NCBI RefSeq assembly: GCF_028368995.1
Contig: NZ_JAQNDL010000003.1
Location: 64,001-128,000 of the forward strand
Origin: Nannocystis bainbridge
GTDB taxonomy: Bacteria > Myxococcota_A > Polyangia > Nannocystales > Nannocystaceae
Length of the DNA: 64,000 bases
Direction: 5' to 3'
In this document: positions 9,940-20,449 of the stretch, piece after piece
How the letters are laid out: every line of letters starts with the position of its first letter
Position numbering within the stretch: the first letter of the stretch is position 1
Notes under the pieces: model-generated
What the model saw: only the letters and a program-made list of their open reading frames with translations
Told to the model about the DNA's origin: nothing
Database searches by the model: none
Translations under genes and position numbers: made by a program

Positions 9940-10665
9940 ATGCCCACCGCCACCGACCCCTCCCGTGACGCTGCGCGCGAGCGCGCGCTGATCCGCGTCC
10001 AGGCTGCCAGCGGGGCCCTGTTCGCCGTCTTCCTCGTGGCCCACCTCGTCAATCAGATGTTCGCCGCCGCCGGCCCGGCCGTGTACGACGCGATGCAGAT
10101 CCGGCTGCGCGCCGCCTACCACGCGCCGGCGATCGAGATCGCCTGCGTGCTCGTCCCGCTCGCGGTCCACGTCGTCGCCAGCGTGTGGCGCATGGTGCGT
10201 CGCCGCCGTCGCGGCGGCCCTGCAGCCGCCGCGCCGCGCATGCGATGGCAGCGACGCACCGCGATCGTCCTGCTGAGCTTCACCCTCGGTCACATCATCG
10301 CCACCCGCGGCCCCTCGCTGGTCTACGGCGTCTACCCCGAGTTCTCCGGCGTCGCCTACACCATGGTATGGCTCCCCGCCTATTTCATCCCCTATTATTT
10401 GTTGTTCTCGCTCGCCGGCCTCTATCACGCGCTGAACGGCCTGGCCCTCGGGCTGCCACGAATCGGCCTCGCCGGCCCGCCCGCGCTGCGCTCCGGCCGG
10501 GCCGTCGCCCTCGCCTGGCTGGCCGGCGCGGTCGCCCTGGCGCTCGGCATCGCCGGATTCGCCGGCGCATGGCACGACTTCCGCGAGCAGGCCGTCACCA
10601 GCCCCTATGCACAATTGCTGAGCGACCTCGGCGTCGCCGACAGCCCCCACGATTCGCACCCCTGA
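9940..10665 (+). CDS. Polytopic membrane protein with intramembrane His residues (DUF1691 / cytochrome b-like)
   Basis: VQAASGALFAVFLVAHLVN, LAVHVVAS, LGHIIATR, GLYHALNGL in hydrophobic helices. Confidence 0.65.
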   Translation: MPTATDPSRDAARERALIRVQAASGALFAVFLVAHLVNQMFAAAGPAVYDAMQIRLRAAYHAPAIEIACVLVPLAVHVVASVWRMVRRRRRGGPAAAAPRMRWQRRTAIVLLSFTLGHIIATRGPSLVYGVYPEFSGVAYTMVWLPAYFIPYYLLFSLAGLYHALNGLALGLPRIGLAGPPALRSGRAVALAWLAGAVALALGIAGFAGAWHDFREQAVTSPYAQLLSDLGVADSPHDSHP

Positions 10666-10873
10666 TGCGTGTCCCTCTCGTCGCCGACCGTCAAGTCGAC
10701 CGCGCCCGCGCATCGCTCGAACGCGATCTCGCCATGACTGCCCTCGCCGCCATGGCCGCGACGATGAACTCGATCTGAGGCCTCATCACCCCGACGAGGC
10801 CCGCGTCCTCATCATCGTGGCCACCTTCGCGTTCATCGGCCCGCCTCGCCACGCGATGCGGTACGCTCGCGCG

Positions 10874-12043
10874 ATGCCCAGGACGAGCATCGCGGCCGTG
10901 AGCACGCCTGTGAAGCTGGCAGCGTTCTTGTGCGGCGCGCAGCTCGGCTGCAGCCCAGCCCCGGCGCCGGAGGTCGAGCGCGAAGCCCCGGCCGCCCCTG
11001 CTCCGCCCGCCGCGACCGCGGCACCGCCGAGCGCGACCCCACCCGCCGAGCCGCCGGCGAAGCCCGCGCTCGATGCTGCCGCGCAGGCCGTCACGTGCGC
11101 CCCGGAGGTGCCCGCGGACGCGACGCTGGTGGACCGCCTCGAGCTCTTCCGTTCGGTCTGCGGCGGCGTGCTGCTGGCCTCCCGCGAGGACGGCCTGCAC
11201 GCCTTGACGCCCACGCTCGAGCCCATCGTGCGCATCCTCGACAAGCGCGTGCGATGGCTGCAGGCGCGGCGCGACGGTGAGGCGCGCGAGCTCTACTATT
11301 TCCCCGCCGACGCGCCAGACCTCGTGCACCTCGACCTCCGCACCGGCCGTGAGGAGGTGCTCGTAAGCTTGCCGCGCCTGAAGCATCGGTGCTTCACCGG
11401 CGCCGAACCCGGCCAGCCGTCATCTCCCGCCGACCCCGTGGATTTCATCCAATCCACCGACCGCCTCGACCTCGACCTCGCGGCCGGCGTGCTTTGCCTC
11501 GACATCGGCGATCGCAACGAGAACATGGCCTCCATCGGCCTCAACCTCCGCGCCGATCTACGCACCCGCAAGGTCGAGCAACGGACCGTTTTCGTCACCG
11601 AGGATTGCCAGAAGGGCGCCGGTCGCGAGCGAGAGCCTGCCTGTCGCCCGGCGCGAAGCGACCTCCCGTCCCCCACGGAGATCGCAGGCTCCGATCGCTC
11701 GGGCCTGGCCTCGCCCTCGGGCCACTGGTCCTATTACTCCGACGAGGACTTCGGGGCCTCCGGCGATTACATGTACAGCGCCGCGTTCTTGTTCGACACC
11801 CGCTCCAGGACCGCCTACGCGGTGACCCCGACGGCCCTCGTGAAGTTCACGCCCGGCACGCCCGACGCCCCGCAGCGCCCCCCGGAGACCACCTGCCTCA
11901 TCCCCGCCGAAGCCCAGGCCCGCTGGATGCCCGGCCGCGACCTCCTGATCCTCGAGGGCTGCGGCGAAGCGGGCCTGCTGATCGTCGAGCCGCCAGGGCG
12001 CGTACAAAAGGCGCAGGCGCACGCCGTCATCCCCTACCCGTGA
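10874..12043 (+). CDS. Hypothetical lipoprotein / exported protein
   Basis: Signal-like LAAFLCGAQLGC then Pro/Ala linker; good codon bias. Start uncertain. Confidence 0.65.
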   Translation: MPRTSIAAVSTPVKLAAFLCGAQLGCSPAPAPEVEREAPAAPAPPAATAAPPSATPPAEPPAKPALDAAAQAVTCAPEVPADATLVDRLELFRSVCGGVLLASREDGLHALTPTLEPIVRILDKRVRWLQARRDGEARELYYFPADAPDLVHLDLRTGREEVLVSLPRLKHRCFTGAEPGQPSSPADPVDFIQSTDRLDLDLAAGVLCLDIGDRNENMASIGLNLRADLRTRKVEQRTVFVTEDCQKGAGREREPACRPARSDLPSPTEIAGSDRSGLASPSGHWSYYSDEDFGASGDYMYSAAFLFDTRSRTAYAVTPTALVKFTPGTPDAPQRPPETTCLIPAEAQARWMPGRDLLILEGCGEAGLLIVEPPGRVQKAQAHAVIPYP

Positions 12044-12152
12044 CGGGCTCGCGGAGCGGCCGGCCGATGCATCGGCACTGTCGTCACGTCCCACTCCGGC
12101 ATCCGCCGAAACAGCTCGCGCGCGGCCGCGTTCCGGCCTAACCTCCGGGGCC

Positions 12153-12551
12153 ATGACGACGCGCCACGCCTCCTGCTCCTGCGGCCAAATTCGGGTCACG
12201 TGCGAGGGGGATCCTGTGCGGATCTCCATGTGTCACTGTCTGGCCTGCCAACAGCGCACCGGCAGCGTCTTCGGCGTGCAGGCGCGGTTCAAGCGCGAGC
12301 ACGTCACGCTGGGGGGCGAGACATCGACCTTCGTCCGCACCGGCGATAGCGGCGGGCGGAGCACCTTCCATTTTTGCCCGACCTGCGGCTCGACGGTGTG
12401 GTGGGAGTTCGACGCGGCGCCGGAGCTCATCGCGGTGGCCTACGGCGCATTCGCCGATCCCAGCCTTCCACCCCCGACGGTCTCCGTCTACGAGGAGCGA
12501 CAGCACCCCTGGACCGTCATGCCGACACTGGACGTCGAACACATCCATTAG
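12153..12551 (+). CDS. GFA (CENP-V / glutathione-dependent formaldehyde-activating) family protein
   Basis: CSCG...CHCLACQQRTGS...FCPTCGS Zn motifs. Confidence 0.92.
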   Translation: MTTRHASCSCGQIRVTCEGDPVRISMCHCLACQQRTGSVFGVQARFKREHVTLGGETSTFVRTGDSGGRSTFHFCPTCGSTVWWEFDAAPELIAVAYGAFADPSLPPPTVSVYEERQHPWTVMPTLDVEHIH

Positions 12552-12662
12552 GGCCCCGCCGCTGCGAAGCGCCGGTCGATCCATCGAGCTCGCCGAGTCC
12601 CTACCGTACCGCGAGGATGGCGACCGGGAACAGCGCCGATACGGTTCCAGGCGAGGCGTCCG

Positions 12663-13121
12663 CTATCTAGCGAAAGTCCCGGCGTCACATGCCATGCGGA
12701 CGTGATCGAGGCCGGGCCCGAAGCCTCCGGGTCGGACCTCGACCACGACGAACCCGTGCTTCGCGTAGAAGCCCTGAACTTTCTGCGACGTGTGCGTCTC
12801 GATCCGCCGGATCTGCGGATGCTCGCGCAGGAACGTCCCCAGGCGGTGATCCAGCAGCATCGAGCCGATCCCGGACCGCTGCCTTCGCGCGTCGATCATG
12901 CCCCAGCAGAGCGTCGCCGTGACTCCGTCTCGCTCGGCCGCGATCCCGCCCGATCCGACGATCTGCCCGCCGTCCTCGACCACGAAATAGGGCCCCGGGA
13001 GCGCGTCGAGGAAGCGGCCCAGCTCGGCCTCCTCGGGCGGCGAGAAATGTTCGGGGGTGTTGCCTCGCAGCAGCTCGAGACACGCTTCGCGATCGGCGGG
13101 AGAATAGGGGCGGATCTTCAT
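12663..13121 (-). CDS. GNAT family N-acetyltransferase
   Basis: MKIRPY start; RQRSGIGSML acetyl-CoA motif; GFYAKHGF. Confidence 0.88.
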   Translation of the reverse strand: MKIRPYSPADREACLELLRGNTPEHFSPPEEAELGRFLDALPGPYFVVEDGGQIVGSGGIAAERDGVTATLCWGMIDARRQRSGIGSMLLDHRLGTFLREHPQIRRIETHTSQKVQGFYAKHGFVVVEVRPGGFGPGLDHVRMACDAGTFAR

Positions 13122-13349
13122 CGGCGGCGCCTCGGGGTGATCCTGTGCTGGGCGATAAGACAGGACATCGCCTGCGATTGGCAAGACTCCGGCCGTGCGA
13201 GCGCCCGCGCTCACTTCCGCGCAATTGCCGCAGACCGTGTTCGCCGGGCGCGCCCTTCCGCGACGCCGGCTCTGCTCGCCCTCCCGCGCATTGCGCCGCC
13301 TCCGCGTTTGCCGGGCCCGCGAAATGGGCCATGCAGGACGACGAAGGAC

Positions 13350-13940
13350 ATGTCCGACGCGCCCAACCTCTCCGACGACGACGAGCGCGGCTGTCATTAC
13401 GCGCTGCTGATCATCGACATGATCAACGGCTTCGACTTCCCCGACGGCGAGCGCCTGCGCCACCAGGCCGGGCCCGTCGCGGAGCGGATCGCCGGGCTGG
13501 CTGCGCGTGCGCGGGCCGCCGAGGTCCCCGTCATCTACGTCAACGACAACTTCGGCCGCTGGCGCTCCGATTTCCGCCACGTGATCCAGCACGTCTGCCA
13601 GCACACCGCGGGCGCCGCGATCGCCGAGCGCCTGGCCCCGGGCGAGCGCGACTATTTCGTGCTGAAGCCGCGCCACTCGGGCTTCCTCGGCACCTCGCTG
13701 GAGGTCTTGCTGGCGCACTTGCGGGTGCGCAGCCTGATCGTCACCGGCATCACCGGCGACCTCTGCGTCCTTTTCACCGCGATGGACGCTTACATGCGCG
13801 GCTTCGAATTGCGGATCCCCGCCGATTGCGTCGCCTCGGTCGACGAGGCCAACAATCGCCGCGCCCTCGACCTGCTGCGCGAATCGATGCGCGTCGACAC
13901 CTCGCCTGCGCCCGAGATCGAGCTCCGGCGCGACTCGTGA
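13350..13940 (+). CDS. Isochorismatase-family cysteine hydrolase
   Basis: ALLIIDMINGF, VLKPRHSGF, TGITGDLCVLFTAMDA; AAGGA RBS. Confidence 0.92.
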   Translation: MSDAPNLSDDDERGCHYALLIIDMINGFDFPDGERLRHQAGPVAERIAGLAARARAAEVPVIYVNDNFGRWRSDFRHVIQHVCQHTAGAAIAERLAPGERDYFVLKPRHSGFLGTSLEVLLAHLRVRSLIVTGITGDLCVLFTAMDAYMRGFELRIPADCVASVDEANNRRALDLLRESMRVDTSPAPEIELRRDS

Positions 13941-14015
13941 GTCGCGCCATCGCTCGCGCTGTCGCCGGTCACGCCGCCGCCCTTCGACGCCGGCGGCGTG
14001 ACCCTCTTTGCGGGC

Positions 14016-14864
14016 TCAGGGGTTGATGGGGTCGCCCCAGCTGGCGACATTGCCGAAGCCGACGAAGCCGTCCTCCTCGCCGACCTTGACCTCGTTGAGC
14101 AGCGAGCCGCCGAGCCCCGGCCCCTGCAGGGTCGCCCCGATCTCGATGCCCGTCACGATCCACTGCGGGTCGTCGGCCTTGTAGAGCGTGGCCGGGTCGA
14201 ACGACCCGTTCACGCCGGGCGGCAGCAGCTCGACGCGGAGCTGGGCCGACGCCGGGTCGAACAGCTGCAGCACCCCGTCGCGGTGCTCGTCGAACTCGAG
14301 CCCCTCGGTGACGAAATCGAAGCCGACGTCGATCTCGAGGCGGTCGGCGCAGTCGCTGGGGAAGCCCTCGCCCTCGTAGTCGGGGTTGAGCTCCGAGTCG
14401 ATCCAGCGCACCTCGCCGGCGTCGTAGCGCACCTCGACCGTCAGCGGCAGCGACACGCCGCGCCACGCGTCGGACAGCGACAGCGGCTCCTCGGCGAAGG
14501 TCAGGAGGGTCTCGCGCGGCCCGAGCTTGTCGGCCAGGAACGCCTCGGCCGTGACGCCGAGGGGCGTCTCGGCGTCGGCAGCGATCACCGTCGGCGTGTC
14601 GATGCAGGCCGGCGCCTCGCCGTTGGTGCCGGTGGTCTCGGTCTCGCCCGGCTCGGCCGTGGTGGTGATGTCGCCCTCAGTGGTCGAGCTGCTCGGGTCG
14701 GGGCCGGTCGGCTCGCTCGCGGTCGGCTCGCTGGCGCTCGAGTCGGTGCCGGAGCTCCCGGTGTCGGGCGCGTCGGTGGTGCTGTCGATCGGGTTCTTGT
14801 CGGGGTTGCAGGCGAAGAGCACCGCGAGCGACAGGGCGAAGGGGGTCAGGGTGGATTTGGTCAT
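14016..14864 (-). CDS. Lipoprotein with Ser/Thr-rich linker
   Basis: MTKSTLTPFALSLAVLFAC lipobox followed by S/T/D/E-rich segment. Confidence 0.8.
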   Translation of the reverse strand: MTKSTLTPFALSLAVLFACNPDKNPIDSTTDAPDTGSSGTDSSASEPTASEPTGPDPSSSTTEGDITTTAEPGETETTGTNGEAPACIDTPTVIAADAETPLGVTAEAFLADKLGPRETLLTFAEEPLSLSDAWRGVSLPLTVEVRYDAGEVRWIDSELNPDYEGEGFPSDCADRLEIDVGFDFVTEGLEFDEHRDGVLQLFDPASAQLRVELLPPGVNGSFDPATLYKADDPQWIVTGIEIGATLQGPGLGGSLLNEVKVGEEDGFVGFGNVASWGDPINP

Positions 14865-15488
14865 GGCGTAAGCTCAGGTCAATCGGTAAGTCGTCGGGTC
14901 CGAACTTCAATGACCATAGCACCCGCGCACCGGGAGGTGCAAACCCATCGACGCGATGAACGCCGCGCCCGCGTTTTGTCAGCCCTGGCGACCGCGGTGA
15001 TGGCCGTCTCCATGCCCGCACGAGGACATGCGCACCGCGACGGCGAGGCCATACCGCGGCACGCATGTCATGCCGAGGCGTCCGCATCGAGCGCTGCGCT
15101 GCGCAGTCGATTGCCGAGCTTTCGCGGGCAAAACGCGGCGCCGGTGAGGAAGTCCGGCCGAGCCCGGCAGCACCGAGCATGTCGAATGTGACACCTGCGC
15201 AATGAATATTGGCAGCGGCGAAGATTCTTCGACCCATGACGTGCGGGCAGCCGTCCGCCCGAGACGCCTGCCGTCCCCGCCCCGCAGCAGGCGCCTCTCG
15301 TGATCGCTCGGCGCCGCTGCCCGCGCGCTCGCGCCGGCCGGCTCGCGCCTGGAGCCGATCGGCGAGCCCACCGCACCGACGAGCGGCCGCACGGGCGCCC
15401 GTGCGGCCGTTCCGCCCATGCGATCCGAACGCGCTTTCGCGCCCCCCGGCCCCGCCGCCGCACGGTGCTAGGATTGAGGTTGCGACCG

Positions 15489-16370
15489 ATGCTCCGACGA
15501 ATCGCAGCACTCATGTCCCTCCGCTCGCTCTCCGTGGCGACCGGTTTCACCGTGGCGTCGGCCGCGGCGGTCGCCGCCGCGGAGCAGCCCGAGGCCGTCG
15601 AGTTCGCCTCGGCCGACCGACAGGCCACGCCGCTCACCGGCTACCTGTACCGCCCGGCCGGCCCGGGCCCGTTCCCCGCCGTGATCGCGCTGCACGGCTG
15701 CGGCGGGCTGTTCGGCGCCCGCACCCCGCAGCAACTGTCGGAGCGCCACGACGACTGGGCCGAGCGGCTGGTGCGGCAGGGCTACGTCGTGTTCTTCCCC
15801 GACAGCTTCGGCTCGCGCGGCGTCGGCAACGTGTGCAAGCAACGGTCACGGCAAGTCACCCTCGGGCGGCGCACCCGCGACATTCAGGGCGCGCTCGCCT
15901 GGCTCGGCCAGCAATCGTTCATCGACGAAGATCGCCTGGCGCTGCTCGGCTGGTCGCAAGGCGCCACCACCGTGCTGCAGTTCGCCGGCGAGCGGCCCAC
16001 GCGGGGCGCCGAGGTCCGCACCACGGTCGCGTTTTATCCCGGGTGCCAGCGCTTCCTCGACGATCCGGACTGGCGGCCGCGGCTGCCGCTCACGATCTTG
16101 ATCGGCGCCGCCGACGACTGGACGCCCGCCCAGCCGTGCCGGCTGCTGTCGCAGCGATTTCCGGGGAAGATCGACCTCGTGGAGTATCCGGGCGCGGTGC
16201 ACGGCTTCGACGCGCCCCACCAGCCGGTCCGCCTGCACCGCGGCCTGGCGTACACGGCCTCGGGCACCGGCGTCGCCCACTCGGGGACCGAACCGGAGGC
16301 GCGCAAGGAGGCGATCCGCACGGTCAAGCTACAGCTGAATCGGGCGTTCGCCAGCCCCAGCTCGCGCTGA
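15489..16370 (+). CDS. Dienelactone hydrolase family protein (exported)
   Basis: PAVIALHGCGG, LLGWSQGA nucleophile, GAADDWTP, YPGAVHGFD. Confidence 0.9.
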   Translation: MLRRIAALMSLRSLSVATGFTVASAAAVAAAEQPEAVEFASADRQATPLTGYLYRPAGPGPFPAVIALHGCGGLFGARTPQQLSERHDDWAERLVRQGYVVFFPDSFGSRGVGNVCKQRSRQVTLGRRTRDIQGALAWLGQQSFIDEDRLALLGWSQGATTVLQFAGERPTRGAEVRTTVAFYPGCQRFLDDPDWRPRLPLTILIGAADDWTPAQPCRLLSQRFPGKIDLVEYPGAVHGFDAPHQPVRLHRGLAYTASGTGVAHSGTEPEARKEAIRTVKLQLNRAFASPSSR

Positions 16371-16416
16371 GGCGCAGCCGGGCCGGACGCTTGCGATTGT
16401 GGGCACCCGCGCTCCC

Positions 16417-16986
16417 ATGACGCTCCGCACGCCCGCCGCGGCAAGCTCATGGCTCGAGCATCGAGCGAAGCGATACCCTCTCCGCGTGACCGGCGAGCAG
16501 CACGCGGGCGAGACGGAGCCGCCCGACACGGCGCGTCGCGGCGTCATCCGGTTCGGCTGGAAGACCGGCCTGCTGCTCCCGTTCGCCGCGCTGATCACCG
16601 CGACGACCCTCGCCGGGTTCGCGCGCATCATCCAGGACCACCTCGCCGTCCGCTACGATCGATGGTTCGAGCTCGGGATGGTGACAGGTCAGGTCGTCTT
16701 CCAGTGGGCAGTGCTGTGGCGCCGCTCCTGGGCCGAGCGGCTCGACTACGCGGTGATCCTGCTGTTCGTCTCGAGCCTCGGGGCCGCGCTGCTGTGGCCG
16801 CTGCTGGTTTGGAATGAATCCTCACCGGTCCGGCCGCTCGCGGCCACGGCCTACTTCTTCGCGGTCGTCGCGGTGATATTCGTCGTCCACGTGCGACTGG
16901 TGCGGCAGGCCGCGCTGCCGCTGATCCTCTGCATGACGTGGGTGGCGTACCGGCTGATCATCCTGGCGATCGTGCTGCCGCGTTGA
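16417..16986 (+). CDS. Hypothetical membrane protein
   Basis: Several hydrophobic helices; no recognised family. Confidence 0.6.
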   Translation: MTLRTPAAASSWLEHRAKRYPLRVTGEQHAGETEPPDTARRGVIRFGWKTGLLLPFAALITATTLAGFARIIQDHLAVRYDRWFELGMVTGQVVFQWAVLWRRSWAERLDYAVILLFVSSLGAALLWPLLVWNESSPVRPLAATAYFFAVVAVIFVVHVRLVRQAALPLILCMTWVAYRLIILAIVLPR

Positions 16987-17165
16987 TCTTCATCGCCGCG
17001 CCGCCAGGCTCGCCCCCGTTCCGACATTCGCCGGAGTACCAACATTCGCCACGCAGGCACGGCGCCGCCGCGAGCGCCTCGAGTCGGGCTCGCACGTGAA
17101 CTCCGGCAGCGGAACCTGCCCGCTCTCCTCGAGCCGCAGCGCGGCGGTGGCCGCGACGCCGGGCG

Positions 17166-19001
17166 CTATTCGGCCACCGCATCGGCGCGGACCATGGGCC
17201 GTGGCGCGCGGAGCTTGTGGAGGGCCGTCTCTGCCCAATCGTAGGCGTAAAGGGCGGCGAACAGCCCCACGGCCGCCTGGTGCCGCAGGCGGATCACCCA
17301 GCGCAGCCGCCCCTCGAAGGAGATCGGCAGGCGCTGGACCCACGATGCCCCGCCGGACTTCACCACGTCGAGCGCCGACAGCGTGACGACCTTGCCCATC
17401 TTCAGCAGCGGCAGTCGCCACAGGGGCGGCAAGGGCTTCGTGAAGCCGACGATGGTCTTGAGCGTGGGCCCGCCGATCCCATGATCGAGCCGGAACCGCG
17501 CCCGCTCCGCGATGGCGGATTGCAGGGCCCGCTGGATCGCCTGCACGCGCTCAGGGGACAGCCAGCGCCAGGCCGTGGTCTGCGAGAAATAAAGGCACCG
17601 CTCGAGCCGGTCCCGGATCGCCCGCAGCTCCGGCGTCTCCCTCGACGTGTCGCCCTCGGTGTCGATGAGCCAGCGCACCAGGTCGGCGCGCACTGGCCCC
17701 GACGCGAACAGGACCACAAAATCGAGGAGGTGGGACAGCGCGAAGAAGCGGCTGTCCGCGATGGCCGGCGAGTACTTCTCGCGCACCATGTTTCGCATGA
17801 TCTGCCAGTCTTGCGCCGTGGCGTCGTTCACTCGATCGATATAGGCCCGATCGAGGCGATGCTCGTGCACGTCGCGCTCGATGATGTTGGCGATGTGCCA
17901 CGAGGTCACCATCGCCAGCGAGATCCCCTGGCTGTAGTAGGCGTCGATGATGGACGCGGCGTCGCCGACCATGCCGTAGCGCTGCTCGCTCACGAACGTG
18001 TCGGTCAGGTGTTGCACGTCGCGGTAGCTGCGAAACTCGAGCAGGGTGTCCTCGGAGATCAATCCATCCAACACCGGGTGACGGTGAATGACTTCCCAGA
18101 ATTTCTCGCGCAGCGAGGAGCCTGCCGGCGGCAGGCGCTGGTCCCACGTGACCCCGATGCTGATGCGGTCGCCGCCGAGCCGGATGACCCAGATCCAATA
18201 CCCCTCTCCCCACATGTGCACCGTGAAGTAGTCACGCGAGCTCTTTTCACCGTCCTCGTCATTAAAAACCCAGCGCTCGCCGAACAGCGCGTCGGTCACC
18301 CCGCTGAACTGGCCCCACGCGGCCGTCGTCTGGAAGCCGTCGTCGATGTCGACCGCGTGCTTCATCTTCTTGGCCAGGAACCGGTTTCGGCCCGAGCAAT
18401 CCAGCACCCAGCGGACACGCGCGCTCGCTGGCTTTCCGTCTCGGCTGGACGACCAGAGGACCGTGTGCAGCCCGCTGCCCTCGTCGAGCAGCACGTCGCG
18501 GACCTTCGCGGTGTCGCAGAGCGTGATCTTGGGGTGGCTCCGCACCTGCTCGCACATGAAGCGCTCCAGCTCGGGGCGGACCATCTGCATGTCGAGGAAC
18601 ATGCACCGCGACCACTTGTCGCCGCACAGCTTCTCGTAGAGATAGTGAGGCGGATGGAAATCGGCCTGCGCCCCCCACTCGGACGCCCCCTCGAAGCCCT
18701 GCGCGCCCTCCGTGCCGTGCGTCATCCACACGCCCCGCTTGGGGAAGCACTGCGGCAGAAACGGCTCCACGCCGCCGATCGTCCGCAAAAAGGCGTTGGT
18801 GAACAGCAGCATCGACTCGCCGACCTTGTAGCTCTCTTTCCGATCGGTCAGGTTGTCGACGATCACCACGCGGAGGCCGCGCTTCGCAAGCTGGAGGGCG
18901 TTGAAGAGGCCCAGCATGCCCGCGCCGATGATTGCGACGTCCGCCTCGACGCCCTCGGACACCGAGACCCCGGCCGCGGGATCGAACTCGCCGTTATCCA
19001 T
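17166..19001 (-). CDS. Flavin-dependent halogenase-like protein
   Basis: IIGAGMLG FAD loop, KVGES, CFPKRG (candidate catalytic Lys), WIWVIRL (WxWxI), VGDAASIIDAYYSQGISLA. Confidence 0.82.
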   Translation of the reverse strand: MDNGEFDPAAGVSVSEGVEADVAIIGAGMLGLFNALQLAKRGLRVVIVDNLTDRKESYKVGESMLLFTNAFLRTIGGVEPFLPQCFPKRGVWMTHGTEGAQGFEGASEWGAQADFHPPHYLYEKLCGDKWSRCMFLDMQMVRPELERFMCEQVRSHPKITLCDTAKVRDVLLDEGSGLHTVLWSSSRDGKPASARVRWVLDCSGRNRFLAKKMKHAVDIDDGFQTTAAWGQFSGVTDALFGERWVFNDEDGEKSSRDYFTVHMWGEGYWIWVIRLGGDRISIGVTWDQRLPPAGSSLREKFWEVIHRHPVLDGLISEDTLLEFRSYRDVQHLTDTFVSEQRYGMVGDAASIIDAYYSQGISLAMVTSWHIANIIERDVHEHRLDRAYIDRVNDATAQDWQIMRNMVREKYSPAIADSRFFALSHLLDFVVLFASGPVRADLVRWLIDTEGDTSRETPELRAIRDRLERCLYFSQTTAWRWLSPERVQAIQRALQSAIAERARFRLDHGIGGPTLKTIVGFTKPLPPLWRLPLLKMGKVVTLSALDVVKSGGASWVQRLPISFEGRLRWVIRLRHQAAVGLFAALYAYDWAETALHKLRAPRPMVRADAVAE

Positions 19002-19079
19002 ACCCAGATCCTTTCTCCAATTGTGCCACCGACCTCGGCCGGCGACAGACTCGAACCACCGCAGCGCCGCCTCAGCCGA

Positions 19080-19748
19080 TCACGGCCGCTGCCCGTCCAT
19101 CCCCTCGCGCGGGTCGCCGTACAGGGAGAAGCTCCGCAGGAACAACTCGCGGAATTGGGCGTTGCCGCGGAGGACGTGCACGATGAGGTGAAAGCGGTCG
19201 ACCTGGCTGTCGTTGACGACGGAATGCTCATAGCTGAGGTTGACCGCGAAGGCCCGCCCGTCGGCGAACGGGACCTCATGGACGACGCCTCGATCGCGGT
19301 AGAGGAACCGACAGCCCGCCGGATGGTTGAGCGCGATCGAGATCGAGGCGAGCTTGCGCTCGCTGTAATCGGCATGGAAGGGGACCCGCCCCCCCGGCCG
19401 GAGCAACATCAGCCGGACCCGGCCGAACTGCGCCTCCGGGAACGTGGTCTTGACATAGGCCGTCGTCGCGGGGCACAGGTCGGCCGCGTCCGTCCACTGG
19501 TACGCGTCCGCCTGGCCGGCCTCCGGGACCCCATAGGCCTCGAACCCGAGCGTCTTGTCGCTCCCCAGCCCGTGAAGGGCGAGGGCCTTCCAGCGGCCGT
19601 CCGGGACCTCGCCCTCGCGGTGATCCACGAATCGGGGGATGCGGCTCGCGGCCTCGGCGAGCATGGCCTCGCCCGGCGGCGGGATGTCCAGCCGCAGATA
19701 CGGCATGTCACTGTGAACGATGGAACCGTAGGAGCGTTCGTGATTCAT
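19080..19748 (-). CDS. Aspartyl/asparaginyl beta-hydroxylase-like 2OG-Fe(II) oxygenase
   Basis: RVRLMLLRPGGRVPFHAD...HSVVNDSQVDRFHLIVH (HxD...H, R). Confidence 0.82.
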   Translation of the reverse strand: MNHERSYGSIVHSDMPYLRLDIPPPGEAMLAEAASRIPRFVDHREGEVPDGRWKALALHGLGSDKTLGFEAYGVPEAGQADAYQWTDAADLCPATTAYVKTTFPEAQFGRVRLMLLRPGGRVPFHADYSERKLASISIALNHPAGCRFLYRDRGVVHEVPFADGRAFAVNLSYEHSVVNDSQVDRFHLIVHVLRGNAQFRELFLRSFSLYGDPREGMDGQRP

Positions 19749-20449
19749 GACATATTCCCGAGGTGCTCGGCCCGGGCGCTCGCCGCCCGGGCGACCGCGC
19801 CCATCCATTCATCGCGTGTGCGGGCGCGTACATGCTCAAGGCCTCGCTGGAGCACCTCGGCGTCGTGCCGCGCCATCCCGTGCGCAGCCGCGAGCGCCAG
19901 AGCTCTCAACGCCCCGGCCGGAACGACACGGGACACCAGCCTCCGCCGCTCCGCCTCCTGTGCGCCGATCAGGGCGCCGTCCAGCGCCAGCTCCAGCGCG
20001 TGCGCTTCGCCGATTCGCCGCGACACCGCCGGGAACACGAGATACGGCCAGAGCCTGCGCGTGACCTCCGGGAGCCCGAACTGGGCGTCGTCGGCGGCGA
20101 AGATGACATCTCCCAGGACGGCGAGCCCGAGGCCGCCGCCGACGGCGTGGCCCTGGACCGCGGTGATCAGGGGCTTCGAGAGCCACGCAAAGGCGGAGAA
20201 GAGCCGCTCGTGCGCGGGCGTCGTCTGCGACGCGCCGGCCTCCTTGAGATCGAGCCCCGCGCAAAACGACGGACCATCGCTTTGCAACAACAACACCCTG
20301 ATATCACCGGCGGCGGCGGCACCTTCGAACTCTTTTAGAAGCCCGTCACAGGTCGCGGCGTCGAGCGCGTTTCGCTTTTCGGGCCGGCTGATTGTCATGA
20401 TCCGCACGCCGCGATCGGTCTCGCCAACTACAGTCGTCCGCCCCACCAT
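19745..20449 (-). CDS. Enoyl-CoA hydratase/isomerase family protein
   Basis: ISRPEKRNAL, FCAGLDL, AVQGHAVGGGLGL, FGLPEV; 4-bp overlap with hydroxylase. Confidence 0.9.
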   Translation of the reverse strand: MVGRTTVVGETDRGVRIMTISRPEKRNALDAATCDGLLKEFEGAAAAGDIRVLLLQSDGPSFCAGLDLKEAGASQTTPAHERLFSAFAWLSKPLITAVQGHAVGGGLGLAVLGDVIFAADDAQFGLPEVTRRLWPYLVFPAVSRRIGEAHALELALDGALIGAQEAERRRLVSRVVPAGALRALALAAAHGMARHDAEVLQRGLEHVRARTRDEWMGAVARAASARAEHLGNMS

